This document shows, one piece after another, positions 29,893 through 39,516 of a stretch of 64,000 nt of DNA. The position numbers and the translations under genes were made by a program. The DNA comes from Desulfurococcaceae archaeon. Lineage in GTDB: Archaea; Thermoproteota; Thermoprotei_A; Sulfolobales; Desulfurococcaceae. The notes below the pieces were generated by a model. The model did not search any database, was not told where the DNA came from, and was given only the letters and a program-made list of their open reading frames with translations. Position 1 is the first letter of the stretch. The number at the start of each line of letters is the position of its first letter. The stretch lies in the NCBI GenBank assembly GCA_038888155.1, contig JAWAJB010000002.1:128001-192000 (forward strand). The letters run 5' to 3'.

Positions 29893-30372
29893 TCACTGAG
29901 TGAACTCGTGGTTAATCCCCTCAAGTGGTAAAGTATTTAAACCATATTTCTTAATTCTCGAAACAAGAGACCTTACAGTCTTAGATATCTCTTTTATGCT
30001 GGCCAGTTCATCTATTTCAAACCAAGCTACATCAGCAGCATCTCCACCTGGCTTAAGCTCTCCGCGAACTGTGTCGGGGTTAAATAATATATCCACTATG
30101 AGGTAATGATACAACACTCGCTTAGATTGATCGTAAACAACGTTGTTCAACACCCATAGTATACCTAGCGGGTCTGCATCTAGTCCAGTTTCTTCTTTGA
30201 GCTCTCGCCTGGCAGCCTCCTCTAGTCTCTCCCCAGCTTCAATGACACCTCCGGGTAGAGACCATCTTCCCAGCCCGGGAGGGTGTCCGCGCTTAACTAA
30301 AAGGATCTTATTTTTATTGACTAATACTGCAGCGACAGAAGCTATTGCGTACCTTGGGTACACTCTCTCCAA
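29893..30372 (-). CDS. NUDIX hydrolase (ADP-ribose pyrophosphatase-like)
   Basis: GGVIEAGERLEEAARRELKEETGL Nudix box. Confidence 0.9.
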   Translation of the reverse strand: MERVYPRYAIASVAAVLVNKNKILLVKRGHPPGLGRWSLPGGVIEAGERLEEAARRELKEETGLDADPLGILWVLNNVVYDQSKRVLYHYLIVDILFNPDTVRGELKPGGDAADVAWFEIDELASIKEISKTVRSLVSRIKKYGLNTLPLEGINHEFTQ

Positions 30373-30469
30373 AAAGATCACCTTTATATCATGTTTGAAT
30401 AAGTTGAGGAACTATAAATAAGCATGCTTACATGCTTCTCTTGAGGGGTCATCATTTGGGGTGATTTTC

Positions 30470-31198
30470 ATGGAGTACAAACCTAAAGTATTGATTATAC
30501 ACAGCTCGCCAAGAAGGTATGGTGCCTCTTCCCAGCTTGCAGAAATTGCCGGGATAGGCGTAAATGATGCAGGCGGTTTAGTAGAGAGAATTTTCCTCTA
30601 CGACTATAACATAAAGCCCTGCATAGGATGCGTCTCGGATGGGATAGCTTATTGTAGGTTTCCTTGTATAATTCGCGATGATGACTTTAACTACGTTGCA
30701 AATAAGATAATGGAAGCTGATGGCTTAATAATAGCTACACCAGTTTACTGGTATGCTCCTAGCGGTATTCTGAAGAACGTGCTCGATAGGTTAACAAGTA
30801 TGGAGAACATGATCTTTCACAAGAGTAAGAGCCTGTTAGAAGGGAAAGTGGCTGGATTCATTGCAACAGGTCTCGATAGCGGAGTAATGACATCGATAGC
30901 ATACTTGATGGCTGTATTGAATAGTATGGGTGTTATCATACCTCCATGGAGTATGGCATACTCGCACGTCGAGGAAATTGTCAAAGATGAGAATGCACTT
31001 AGAGATGCTTACAATGTGGGTTACTTAGTTACCGAGGCTTTGAAAGCGTTGAAAGCTTACGATAAACCCTTGGGTTATAAGCCGGACATCGAAGTTAAGA
31101 AGCTCACGGAAACTCTCAAGAACTATAGTGTAACGAAATCGTCTGAGAGGGAAATAAGGTTAAAGTTGCTTAACTCTCTGCTCGATCAGAACCGCTGA
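30470..31198 (+). CDS. Iron-sulfur flavoprotein / NADPH-dependent FMN reductase family
   Basis: SSPRRYG, CIGC..C..PC, ATPVYW. Confidence 0.85.
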   Translation: MEYKPKVLIIHSSPRRYGASSQLAEIAGIGVNDAGGLVERIFLYDYNIKPCIGCVSDGIAYCRFPCIIRDDDFNYVANKIMEADGLIIATPVYWYAPSGILKNVLDRLTSMENMIFHKSKSLLEGKVAGFIATGLDSGVMTSIAYLMAVLNSMGVIIPPWSMAYSHVEEIVKDENALRDAYNVGYLVTEALKALKAYDKPLGYKPDIEVKKLTETLKNYSVTKSSEREIRLKLLNSLLDQNR

Positions 31199-31889
31199 GA
31201 CACACCATTTTCCTTAGGTCGTTGAATATGCTGGTGCTACTCCATGATCCCACGCGCTGAGCAATTTTTAAGACTTTTACATCGTCTAAACCGCGCTCCA
31301 TTAGGGCACTAGTTAGTTCACTTGGAGTGATCCACTGATCTGGTCCTAAAACAACTATATCTGGCTTTATGTTAACTACAGGCTTAAGGAAGTCCTCTTC
31401 GTCCCCAATAATTGCAGAAGAGACATACCTTACACTTTTCACCACTTCAAGCCTATCGCGTTCGCTTAGAGCTGGTTTTCTTCCCTTGAATTTCTCAAAG
31501 TTCTTATCCCTCGACACAACTACATAAACCTCTCCATGCTGCCAGGCCAGTTGTAATAAGTTTATATGACCGGGATGTAGAAACTCAAAGCTCCCTGCAA
31601 CCAACACTCTCGGTCTTTTAAGCAATTTACTTATAGGTTCCCAATGCACTCCTTTGATGTAGCCCATGATCCTCAGGGAGTCTAGTAGCCCTTCGGCATA
31701 AGCTATACAGGAAAGACTAGTCTCAAGATCCCCCTTCTCATAGTAATACTTGGCATCACTCAAGTATGATTTAGCCAGCTCTATAACCGCTTTTTGCTCC
31801 TTCGGAAGAAAATCCCACGCTGCTTTAGCGATGAAAGCTTCAACGCTATCTATGTAAAGCTTTACTCTCTTCTCTATAGGAATCCCCAA
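31170..31889 (-). CDS. DUF357 domain fused to archaeal FAD synthase (RibL-like nucleotidyltransferase)
   Basis: N-terminal YLSDAKYYYEKGD...AYAEGLLD; C-terminal AGSFEFLHPGH, KPDIVVLGPDQ. Confidence 0.8.
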   Translation of the reverse strand: MGIPIEKRVKLYIDSVEAFIAKAAWDFLPKEQKAVIELAKSYLSDAKYYYEKGDLETSLSCIAYAEGLLDSLRIMGYIKGVHWEPISKLLKRPRVLVAGSFEFLHPGHINLLQLAWQHGEVYVVVSRDKNFEKFKGRKPALSERDRLEVVKSVRYVSSAIIGDEEDFLKPVVNIKPDIVVLGPDQWITPSELTSALMERGLDDVKVLKIAQRVGSWSSTSIFNDLRKMVCLSGSDRAES

Positions 31890-31974
31890 AGCAGACACCT
31901 TTCATAAGCTTCAATACTGTCCATAAATAAAACATAGCGCGTATCTTAATAATATTTAATAGGCGTGAATACCA

Positions 31975-32349
31975 TTGTGCACCGAATGGGGGAGCCCAAT
32001 GGGGAGATCCCACACGGTGCCTTACGTGAGCCCATCTTCTACAGTGCTTATTTTGGGTAAAGTTAACGAAACTCTCTTAGGTAGATTAAAATCATTGCTT
32101 AGCTTGCACAAGTCTCGAGGCATGAAAATAGTAATAGCTTCTACAGATACGCCGCGGGAATTAAAGGGTTTAGGGGAGCTCCTCTATGCTGTTCATGCAT
32201 CTACAATAGAGGTTTACACTATTGACTCAAATGAAGTGGGCGACCTAGTAAGAAAAGAGGGCGCAAACATTGTAGCCATTTTATCAACAGATCTAGACTC
32301 AGTTAAGGGATTACCGGAACAGCTAAGAAGCGTTATTGAGGTGATATAA
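31975..32349 (+). CDS. Hypothetical protein
   Basis: ORF abutting the radical SAM gene; start uncertain. Confidence 0.55.
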   Translation: MCTEWGSPMGRSHTVPYVSPSSTVLILGKVNETLLGRLKSLLSLHKSRGMKIVIASTDTPRELKGLGELLYAVHASTIEVYTIDSNEVGDLVRKEGANIVAILSTDLDSVKGLPEQLRSVIEVI

Positions 32350-33864
32350 TTGGTTTTTGACGTTATTATAACAACCGACAGAACAATGATGACAAATCAC
32401 CATGGCAAGGAATTCTTAGGCTTCATTTCTACCGGGCCTTCTTTAGGTATGCCCGAGTGGCTTTGGATGTCTATCTGTGCTCCCAAGATAAAAGTCGACG
32501 ACTTGGGTAGACCTAAAGAAGCACCATATGGTCTTAGGAAAATCGAGAGCGCTCTTATTGATGCGGGTTTTAATGCATCAATTGTTGACCCAGATCACCT
32601 AGATAAGCATTCAAATAGCGCGAAGGTTGTTTTGATTGGGCACCACGATTATTTTGGATATGGTCCTCCAAGCAGCGAATGGTGGAGTCTGACTCAACTT
32701 GAGCCCATCAACCGCAGAAGTTTTATTAAATTCATGTCTAGCTATTCAATAAAGAAGATCAAAGAGAGAGGCGCAAAGATCATAGTAGGTGGACCTGCTG
32801 CGTGGCAATGGCTGTATGAAATCGAATTAATGGAAATGTGGGGCATAGATACCGTTGTCGACGGCGAGGGAGAAAAAGTTGTGGTTGATCTTGTCAGTAA
32901 GGCTTTAGCGGGCGAAAAACTCCCTCGCTACGTCTACGTGGGACCGGAAAATGCACCGAATGTTAAAGAGATACCGGTGATTAAAGGCGCAAGCATAAAT
33001 GGACTAGTTGAGATCATGAGAGGTTGCCCTAGGGGGTGTAAATTCTGCAGTGTTACATTAAGACCGCTCAGATTCATACCCATGGAGCAAATTCTCTTAG
33101 AAATAGAGGTAAACTTAAGAGCTAAGGTGAAGAGCACAATATTGCAAAGCGAAGACGTATTACTCTACTGCGCGGACGGCCTAAAGCCGAGACCTGAGCC
33201 AGTAGTTAAACTTCACAGAGAGATATTGAAGAAGATTGGTGATGAGGGTATAATAACTTGGGCACATTTAAGTTTAGCTGCTTTAAAGTACGCTGAGGAG
33301 AATTATAAGTTAATATCGAAGTTGATGCAGGAATACATACTCAATGAACATAGGAGATTTCTAGGGGTAGAAGTTGGGATCGAGACCGGTAGCCCAGAGC
33401 TAATGGAGAAAATCGCGTACGCAAAATCTCTCCCCTATAAACCTAAGGAGTGGCCAAATGTAGTTGAGGAGGCTTTTAGAATAATGCATGATAACATGAT
33501 TATACCAGCCGCTACAGTTATTCTTGGGCTACCTGGCGAAACAACAGAGGATGTAATAAAAACTATAGAACTTGTCGAGAGACTTAGACCTTACAGAAGT
33601 CTAATTATCCCAATGTTCTTTGTCCCTATGGGCGCTTTGAAGAGGGGTAAAGGATTTTTCAGGGATAACTTAAGACCTGAACACGTAGATGCTCTAATGA
33701 AAATGTATGATCACACAATCCACTGGGTTAATAACATATTAGACCTTTATTTTACTTCGCCCGCCCATATTCCTTTAAGGTTTATTCTCAGGTACTTAGT
33801 TTTATTCGTCAGGAAGAAAGTAAATAGATATCGAGGATTGTTGGAAGAAATGATTAAAAGATAG
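32350..33864 (+). CDS. B12-binding-domain radical SAM protein
   Basis: APYGLRKIE, IIVGGPAAWQ, RGCPRGCKFC, GIETGS. Confidence 0.85.
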   Translation: MVFDVIITTDRTMMTNHHGKEFLGFISTGPSLGMPEWLWMSICAPKIKVDDLGRPKEAPYGLRKIESALIDAGFNASIVDPDHLDKHSNSAKVVLIGHHDYFGYGPPSSEWWSLTQLEPINRRSFIKFMSSYSIKKIKERGAKIIVGGPAAWQWLYEIELMEMWGIDTVVDGEGEKVVVDLVSKALAGEKLPRYVYVGPENAPNVKEIPVIKGASINGLVEIMRGCPRGCKFCSVTLRPLRFIPMEQILLEIEVNLRAKVKSTILQSEDVLLYCADGLKPRPEPVVKLHREILKKIGDEGIITWAHLSLAALKYAEENYKLISKLMQEYILNEHRRFLGVEVGIETGSPELMEKIAYAKSLPYKPKEWPNVVEEAFRIMHDNMIIPAATVILGLPGETTEDVIKTIELVERLRPYRSLIIPMFFVPMGALKRGKGFFRDNLRPEHVDALMKMYDHTIHWVNNILDLYFTSPAHIPLRFILRYLVLFVRKKVNRYRGLLEEMIKR

Positions 33865-33918
33865 TTTAAAATAATAGCTTCATTATGAGATTTATGGGTC
33901 GCTAATTGGTGTATTACG

Positions 33919-35451
33919 GTGGAGACGTTTTACATTACAACGCCAATATATTACCCAAATGCAGAGCCACATATCGGGCACGCATACACAACTGTGTTCG
34001 CTGATGTCATTGCTAGGTTCAAGAGGCTGATGGGCTTAAACGTATTTTTCCTGACCGGGAACGATGAGCATGGATTGAAAATACAGAAAGTTGCAGAGAA
34101 GCTCGGTAAACATCCCAAGGAATTTGTTGATGAAATGGCAACAGTCTATAAGAAATTCTGGGCCAATTTAGATATAGGCTATGATTACTTCATTAGGACA
34201 ACGAATGCACAACACGAGAGTGTCGTAAAGGAGGCCTTTAATTACATATACAAAAAGGGCCTGATATACAAATCCCAATATGCCGGGCTGTACTGCGTTG
34301 AATGCGAAAAATACTATACTTCAGGTGAATATGTAGAGGTCAATGGTAAACCTCATTGCCCGCTCCACAACAAGCCCCTCGAGCACATGGAAGAGGAGAC
34401 ATATTACTTCAAGTTAAGCGAGTTCAAGGATTACGTTCTTGAGGTCTTAAGGGAAAGAAACAGAGTATATCCACGTAGCTATGCAGATGAAGTTATATCT
34501 AAAATAGAAAAAGAGGGCCTAAAGGATCTCTCGGTTGCAAGACCAATAGAGAGGGTTTGGTGGGGAGTCCCAGTTCCATTCGATGATAAATACATTGTAT
34601 ATGTATGGTTTGATGCGCTGTTAAATTACATTAGCGCCATAGGATACTTAGAGAACAAGGCAAGGTTTGAACAATTTTGGAACGAGGCACACCACGTTAT
34701 AGGCAAGGACATATTATGGTTTCATACAGCTGTGTGGTTCTCCATACTCAAAGCACTGGATGTTGAGCCACCCAAAAAAGTAATAGTCCACGCATTTCTA
34801 ACCTCAAAGGGGTCGAAAATGAGCAAGAGTATTGGAAACATCATTTCAATTGAAGATGTGCTGTCAAGGTATGGGGGCTCGGACGCAGTTAGATACGTGA
34901 TAATGAGAGTATTTAACATGGATAAAGACAGCGAAGTAGATTTCAACATTTTGGATAACATATATACAAGCGAACTAGTTGATACTTATGGAAACTTAGT
35001 GAGACGAGTAGGTGTACTTGCACAGAAAAAAGCTGGCGGAAAGGTATATAGAAGAAGCATTGACGCGAAGCTCTTAAACACTTTGAATGCCAAGCTTAAT
35101 TCATACCTGGATGCCATGGAGAATTTCGAAGTGTCGCGGGCAGCGGTAGAGGCTGTAGATGTAGCAAGGTTGGCCAATCAATACCTTAATGAGACAAAGC
35201 CATGGGAGAAAAGCGATCCAAGCAAAGAGCTATATACGGTACTGGAAGCAATCAGGCTCACCACACTGATGCTTTATCCATTCACCCCAAAATCCTCAAT
35301 AACAGTGGCTAAATCGCTCGGATTCATTATTGACAGCCCCATCAAGGCCGGCCTAGAATCCCATGAGAGATATAATATTGCCAGCGCGCCGATATTATAC
35401 GCAAAGCTTGATGCCAGGAGATCCTCGATTAAAGGAGAGGGAAATAGTTGA
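33919..35451 (+). CDS. metG: Methionine--tRNA ligase (no C-terminal tRNA-binding domain)
   Basis: HIGH, KMSKS, YVWFDAL, GKDI. Confidence 0.95.
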   Translation: METFYITTPIYYPNAEPHIGHAYTTVFADVIARFKRLMGLNVFFLTGNDEHGLKIQKVAEKLGKHPKEFVDEMATVYKKFWANLDIGYDYFIRTTNAQHESVVKEAFNYIYKKGLIYKSQYAGLYCVECEKYYTSGEYVEVNGKPHCPLHNKPLEHMEEETYYFKLSEFKDYVLEVLRERNRVYPRSYADEVISKIEKEGLKDLSVARPIERVWWGVPVPFDDKYIVYVWFDALLNYISAIGYLENKARFEQFWNEAHHVIGKDILWFHTAVWFSILKALDVEPPKKVIVHAFLTSKGSKMSKSIGNIISIEDVLSRYGGSDAVRYVIMRVFNMDKDSEVDFNILDNIYTSELVDTYGNLVRRVGVLAQKKAGGKVYRRSIDAKLLNTLNAKLNSYLDAMENFEVSRAAVEAVDVARLANQYLNETKPWEKSDPSKELYTVLEAIRLTTLMLYPFTPKSSITVAKSLGFIIDSPIKAGLESHERYNIASAPILYAKLDARRSSIKGEGNS

Positions 35452-36425
35452 GATACTATATAGCTCTTGATATCGGGGCAACAAAAATAGGATTGGCTCT
35501 TTGTAATCGCGAGCGAATACTGGATAAGATAACCCACAGGACTCCTAGAGACGAACAGCCTAATAGTATTAGTGAATTAATAGTAAGGCTAATTAAGGAG
35601 AAATGGAGTAGTTATTTAACTAATGTCGATGCCATCGGAGTTGCCACGATAGGACCTTTAGATATAGCAAAGGGCGCAGTTGTGAATACTCCCAACATTC
35701 CGTCCCGTTCTTTTGAAATTAGGAAGCCTTTAGTCGAGGAGTTCAAAAAACCCACGCATGTAGTAAACGACTGCGTCGCAGCTGTGTGGGGCGAGAGATT
35801 ATATGGAGATGCAAGAGAAGTAGATAACGTAGTGTACTTAACTCTAAGTACAGGGGTAGGAGCAGGAGTGATCATTGATGGGGACTTAATTTTAGGTAAA
35901 GCTGGTAATGCACACGAAGTTGGACATATAGTAGTAAATTTTAACTCAGATCTACCCTGTGGATGTGGAGGGAGGGGCCACTGGGAATCATATGCAGGTG
36001 GAGCAAACCTTCCACGCGTTGCTGCATACATCGCGGAAAAAGAAAGAGTTAAGTCAAAATTGGCGGAAAAAGTTCTATCTAAAGAACATATAGATGCAAA
36101 GACCATATTTGATTACTATAGGGTAGGAGACGCATTAGCGAAGAAAGTCGTTGAGCTATACATTAGCGCAACGGCGGCTGGATTGGCATCTGTTATTAAC
36201 GCATATGATCCAGAGCTTGTATTGCTTGGGGGCGGCGTTTTTCTAAACAACGTTGATGTGCTCTACAAACCCATGGTTTCGCTTATCAAATCAAATGTTG
36301 TAACCAAAATGCCTGCAATTAGGCCAACACGGTTCGGCGACGATGTAGCGCTCTACGGTTCTCTAGCAATAGCCACTAATCCACCATTGAAGCTAATAAA
36401 GATACAAGAGTCTTTTCAAGGTTAA
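35448..36425 (+). CDS. ROK-family sugar kinase (glucokinase-like)
   Basis: DIGATK, STGVGAG, EVGH, CGCGGRGHWE. Confidence 0.88.
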   Translation: MRYYIALDIGATKIGLALCNRERILDKITHRTPRDEQPNSISELIVRLIKEKWSSYLTNVDAIGVATIGPLDIAKGAVVNTPNIPSRSFEIRKPLVEEFKKPTHVVNDCVAAVWGERLYGDAREVDNVVYLTLSTGVGAGVIIDGDLILGKAGNAHEVGHIVVNFNSDLPCGCGGRGHWESYAGGANLPRVAAYIAEKERVKSKLAEKVLSKEHIDAKTIFDYYRVGDALAKKVVELYISATAAGLASVINAYDPELVLLGGGVFLNNVDVLYKPMVSLIKSNVVTKMPAIRPTRFGDDVALYGSLAIATNPPLKLIKIQESFQG

Positions 36426-36428
36426 ATT

Positions 36429-37805
36429 TTACAAAAGAGCAACTGTGAAGGCCTCTACTACAGCAGCCAAAAAAAGGATAACAACACCTGCTACGATGGT
36501 TTTGAGAAACCTGTCCCAATTTCCAAAATGAGAAGAAGCTGACAACAGGAGAGCATATGACAATACTTCGAGTACTGCGTGGGGGTATATCAAAACAGAC
36601 AATGAAGCTAGCGGATTCTTGGTTCCACTGGCTATTACAACGCCAATTATCAAGCCAGCATTATGTGTCCCATAAGTAAGTAACGAGCCCCCAACGTAAG
36701 GAATAATTGCAGGAAGCGAAATAACAAAATTGTTTATAAATAAGTATAGAGCCAATTGAGCTGTACTCATTTGATAAAGATTCTCAAAGTTTTTACTCAA
36801 AATATCTGGCACTGAAATATAGATTTCGTAGCCAACTACACCAGATAGGATCCCCCCAATAATTACTGAATATAGCAGAGTAAATATGAGGATTATCGTA
36901 ATTATGGCGCTTTTACCTTTTCTTAACTGCGCAAAAGTGCTCAAAGCAATTCCCAAAGCCAAAACAATATGTATGGAGGAGAGTAACCCAATGTAGGTAA
37001 GTAGCACGTGCGCGCCTAGCGCAATCAAAATCAAGCCCGAAATTAACCCTTCGCTTATTTCGCGCTGTTGAATGATTACTTCATGAATAGTGTGTTTCGG
37101 TGGACTAGGGTGAGAGCTGTGTATCGTATCTATGTGAAAATTAAATGTCCTCGAGCTTCTATATCCTAAGTAGGCCGTGTAAATCCCAAAAGTGAATAGG
37201 GTTAAAATGATGTCTAACACGATCGAGACTCCTCTATATTCTCTAGTAATTCTAGCCTTGAACAAAGCGCATTCCTCATAGGCCGCATGCTCTCTCAAGG
37301 CTCTCTCAATGATACAGAGAATAAGGGGGTACGCTAAACCGGCAGTTAAGAAGATAATAAAGAAACCAGTTATAGGGGAAGGTAAAGTACTTTGAACCAG
37401 CACGGATCTCAAGTATTGAGTTGCGCCCTCAACGCTTGACCCTCCTGTGAAATAGTGTATCGTTATACTACTGGAATACAAGTGTTCTCTTACCTCCCTC
37501 AGAACAAAAAATATGGAGATCATAGCTGCAATGGTGTATCCCAACAATGAGATAATCCCCCACGCCAACGGCTGAAGGGCAGGCATTAATTGATAGGGCG
37601 CTAATACGTCTTCGGCAATACTCCCTGCCCTCAATAATTGAGCATAGCCATAAGCTAGCAGGATTGAAGATAGAGTAGCAAAAATTGACGGTAGAACCAA
37701 ATACCAAGAACTAATTTTGTGAAAAGAGAAGCTTTCAACTATTTCTTGAAGTGTATTTTTCGTGGAATCTTTGCTCTGAGACTCCAAGGCTAACTCCACG
37801 AGCAT
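36429..37805 (-). CDS. Membrane protein with C-terminal SpoIIM-like domain
   Basis: LFINN, PHAVLE, AAVVEA motifs; many TM helices. Confidence 0.7.
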   Translation of the reverse strand: MLVELALESQSKDSTKNTLQEIVESFSFHKISSWYLVLPSIFATLSSILLAYGYAQLLRAGSIAEDVLAPYQLMPALQPLAWGIISLLGYTIAAMISIFFVLREVREHLYSSSITIHYFTGGSSVEGATQYLRSVLVQSTLPSPITGFFIIFLTAGLAYPLILCIIERALREHAAYEECALFKARITREYRGVSIVLDIILTLFTFGIYTAYLGYRSSRTFNFHIDTIHSSHPSPPKHTIHEVIIQQREISEGLISGLILIALGAHVLLTYIGLLSSIHIVLALGIALSTFAQLRKGKSAIITIILIFTLLYSVIIGGILSGVVGYEIYISVPDILSKNFENLYQMSTAQLALYLFINNFVISLPAIIPYVGGSLLTYGTHNAGLIIGVVIASGTKNPLASLSVLIYPHAVLEVLSYALLLSASSHFGNWDRFLKTIVAGVVILFLAAVVEAFTVALL

Positions 37806-37846
37806 TATTTTAACTCATATCACTAATATATTATTACGGGATTTTT

Positions 37847-38833
37847 ATGACTAAAGCCCTTGTACTTCATGGCGGAGCAGGCGCGTGGGGAGCTAGACCC
37901 GGCGTCAAAGAGGCTATAGATGATGTAAAGGAATGCACAGAGCGTGGATGGGCAATTTTAGTGAAGACAAATAGTGCAATGGAGGCTGTGATAGAGTCTG
38001 TTAAATGTATGGAGGACTCAGGTTTCTTAAATGCTGGCTATGGCTCGGTTCCAAATTTGCTAGGAGAAAGGGAATTAGATGCTGGGTTAATGACCTCTAC
38101 TGGAATAATGGGAGCTGTAGCAGCAGTTAAACAAACTAGGAACCCCATTCTATTGGCAAGAATAATAGCAGAGAATACACCTCACGTTTTGTTAGCCGGC
38201 GAAAATGCGGATAAACTTGCTATAATCTTCGGTTTGCCTCCATTGCCCCCACCGCCGCCTTTAGCCATAGAGAGATACAGGGACACACTTAAGAAGGTTA
38301 TGGTTGAGGAACCTCGTGACAATTATTATAAGGTTCTCAGGGACTTTGTAGAACGGAACTCAGTATACTCAGAACTAATTAAAAGAATAATAGATATTTA
38401 CGATACGGTCGGTGCAGTTGCCATAGACGATAGAGGAATACTGGCTGCTGCCACCAGTACAGGCGGCGTTTCACTCAAGTTGCCTGGAAGAGTGGGCGAC
38501 ACCCCTATACCTGGGGCCGGTTTCTATGCTACAACGAGAATCGCATGTAGCGCCACAGGCTACGGCGAATTTATTATAAGGTCAATGCCATGCTTGAGAC
38601 TAGACCTCGAATATGAGGCCACGGGCAATATTGAGACCTCGCTTCGTAAAGTAACAGAGTTCGTTGAGAAAAGCGTTGGTCCCAACACTTTGGGCTTTAT
38701 AGGCGTCGATACTCGTGGAAGAATTTTCTATGCGTATAACACAGAGGCCATGTTAATTGGCTACGTTAAAGAAGGTAAAGTAATTGTTGATCTAAAGCCA
38801 GAGCCAAAGGTAAACGTCATTGTAATAGAGTAG
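37847..38833 (+). CDS. Isoaspartyl peptidase/L-asparaginase (Ntn hydrolase)
   Basis: HGGAG, DTVGAVA nucleophile, STGG, GRVGD, TGYGE. Confidence 0.92.
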   Translation: MTKALVLHGGAGAWGARPGVKEAIDDVKECTERGWAILVKTNSAMEAVIESVKCMEDSGFLNAGYGSVPNLLGERELDAGLMTSTGIMGAVAAVKQTRNPILLARIIAENTPHVLLAGENADKLAIIFGLPPLPPPPPLAIERYRDTLKKVMVEEPRDNYYKVLRDFVERNSVYSELIKRIIDIYDTVGAVAIDDRGILAAATSTGGVSLKLPGRVGDTPIPGAGFYATTRIACSATGYGEFIIRSMPCLRLDLEYEATGNIETSLRKVTEFVEKSVGPNTLGFIGVDTRGRIFYAYNTEAMLIGYVKEGKVIVDLKPEPKVNVIVIE

Positions 38834-38840
38834 ATCAATT

Positions 38841-39425
38841 ATGGATTATAACAACTGTGTATTAGCAATAGACATAGATGGAACATTGGTTCCTATAGTG
38901 GTTAACTTTGACGATCTTCGTGCCAAGATTAGGAAGTTGTTGGGGATAGACCATACGCTAAGACCACTTGCCGAGAGTTTAAACAACTTACAATTGGATA
39001 GAGAATTAAAAGCAAAGGCGTGGAGTTTAGTGGATCAAGCCGAGCTAGAGTCCATTGATAATATTAAACTTGAGGATGTAAGAGAAAACTTAAGTGCTAT
39101 CAACCAGCTAATAACCAACAGCTCAGTTGAAGTTGTGTTTGTAACCATGCGAAGCAACAAGAGTGCGTATCCACTTCTATTAAAACTAGGACTTCTACAA
39201 CTTGCTGAAAAAGTCATAACGAGAGATGATTATAATACAAGGCGAGAACAACTAGAAGGCATAAAAAACCAATCTAGAAATAAGAAAATAGTCTTTATAG
39301 GAGATACTTCACATGATGAGAAAACAGCGAGCGAAATTTCGCTTCCATTTGTTAAGGTGAGTAGTTACAAAGAGCTCCCGTTAGCGTTGGCTAGAGCATT
39401 AAACTTGTGCTCTATCTGGCTTTAA
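38841..39425 (+). CDS. HAD-superfamily hydrolase
   Basis: DIDGTL, VTMRS, IGDTSHD. Confidence 0.85.
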   Translation: MDYNNCVLAIDIDGTLVPIVVNFDDLRAKIRKLLGIDHTLRPLAESLNNLQLDRELKAKAWSLVDQAELESIDNIKLEDVRENLSAINQLITNSSVEVVFVTMRSNKSAYPLLLKLGLLQLAEKVITRDDYNTRREQLEGIKNQSRNKKIVFIGDTSHDEKTASEISLPFVKVSSYKELPLALARALNLCSIWL

Positions 39426-39516
39426 TGGTATTTTATTATTTATTTTAATTTTTTAAAATAATTCATTAGAATTGAATTACACAAAAATAGGTGAACCGAG
39501 TTAAAGAATATAAAAA

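Noticed and set aside
38239-38260. Poly-proline run in the asparaginase
   Set aside because: Mixed codons with frame intact; not a slippage or phase-variation tract
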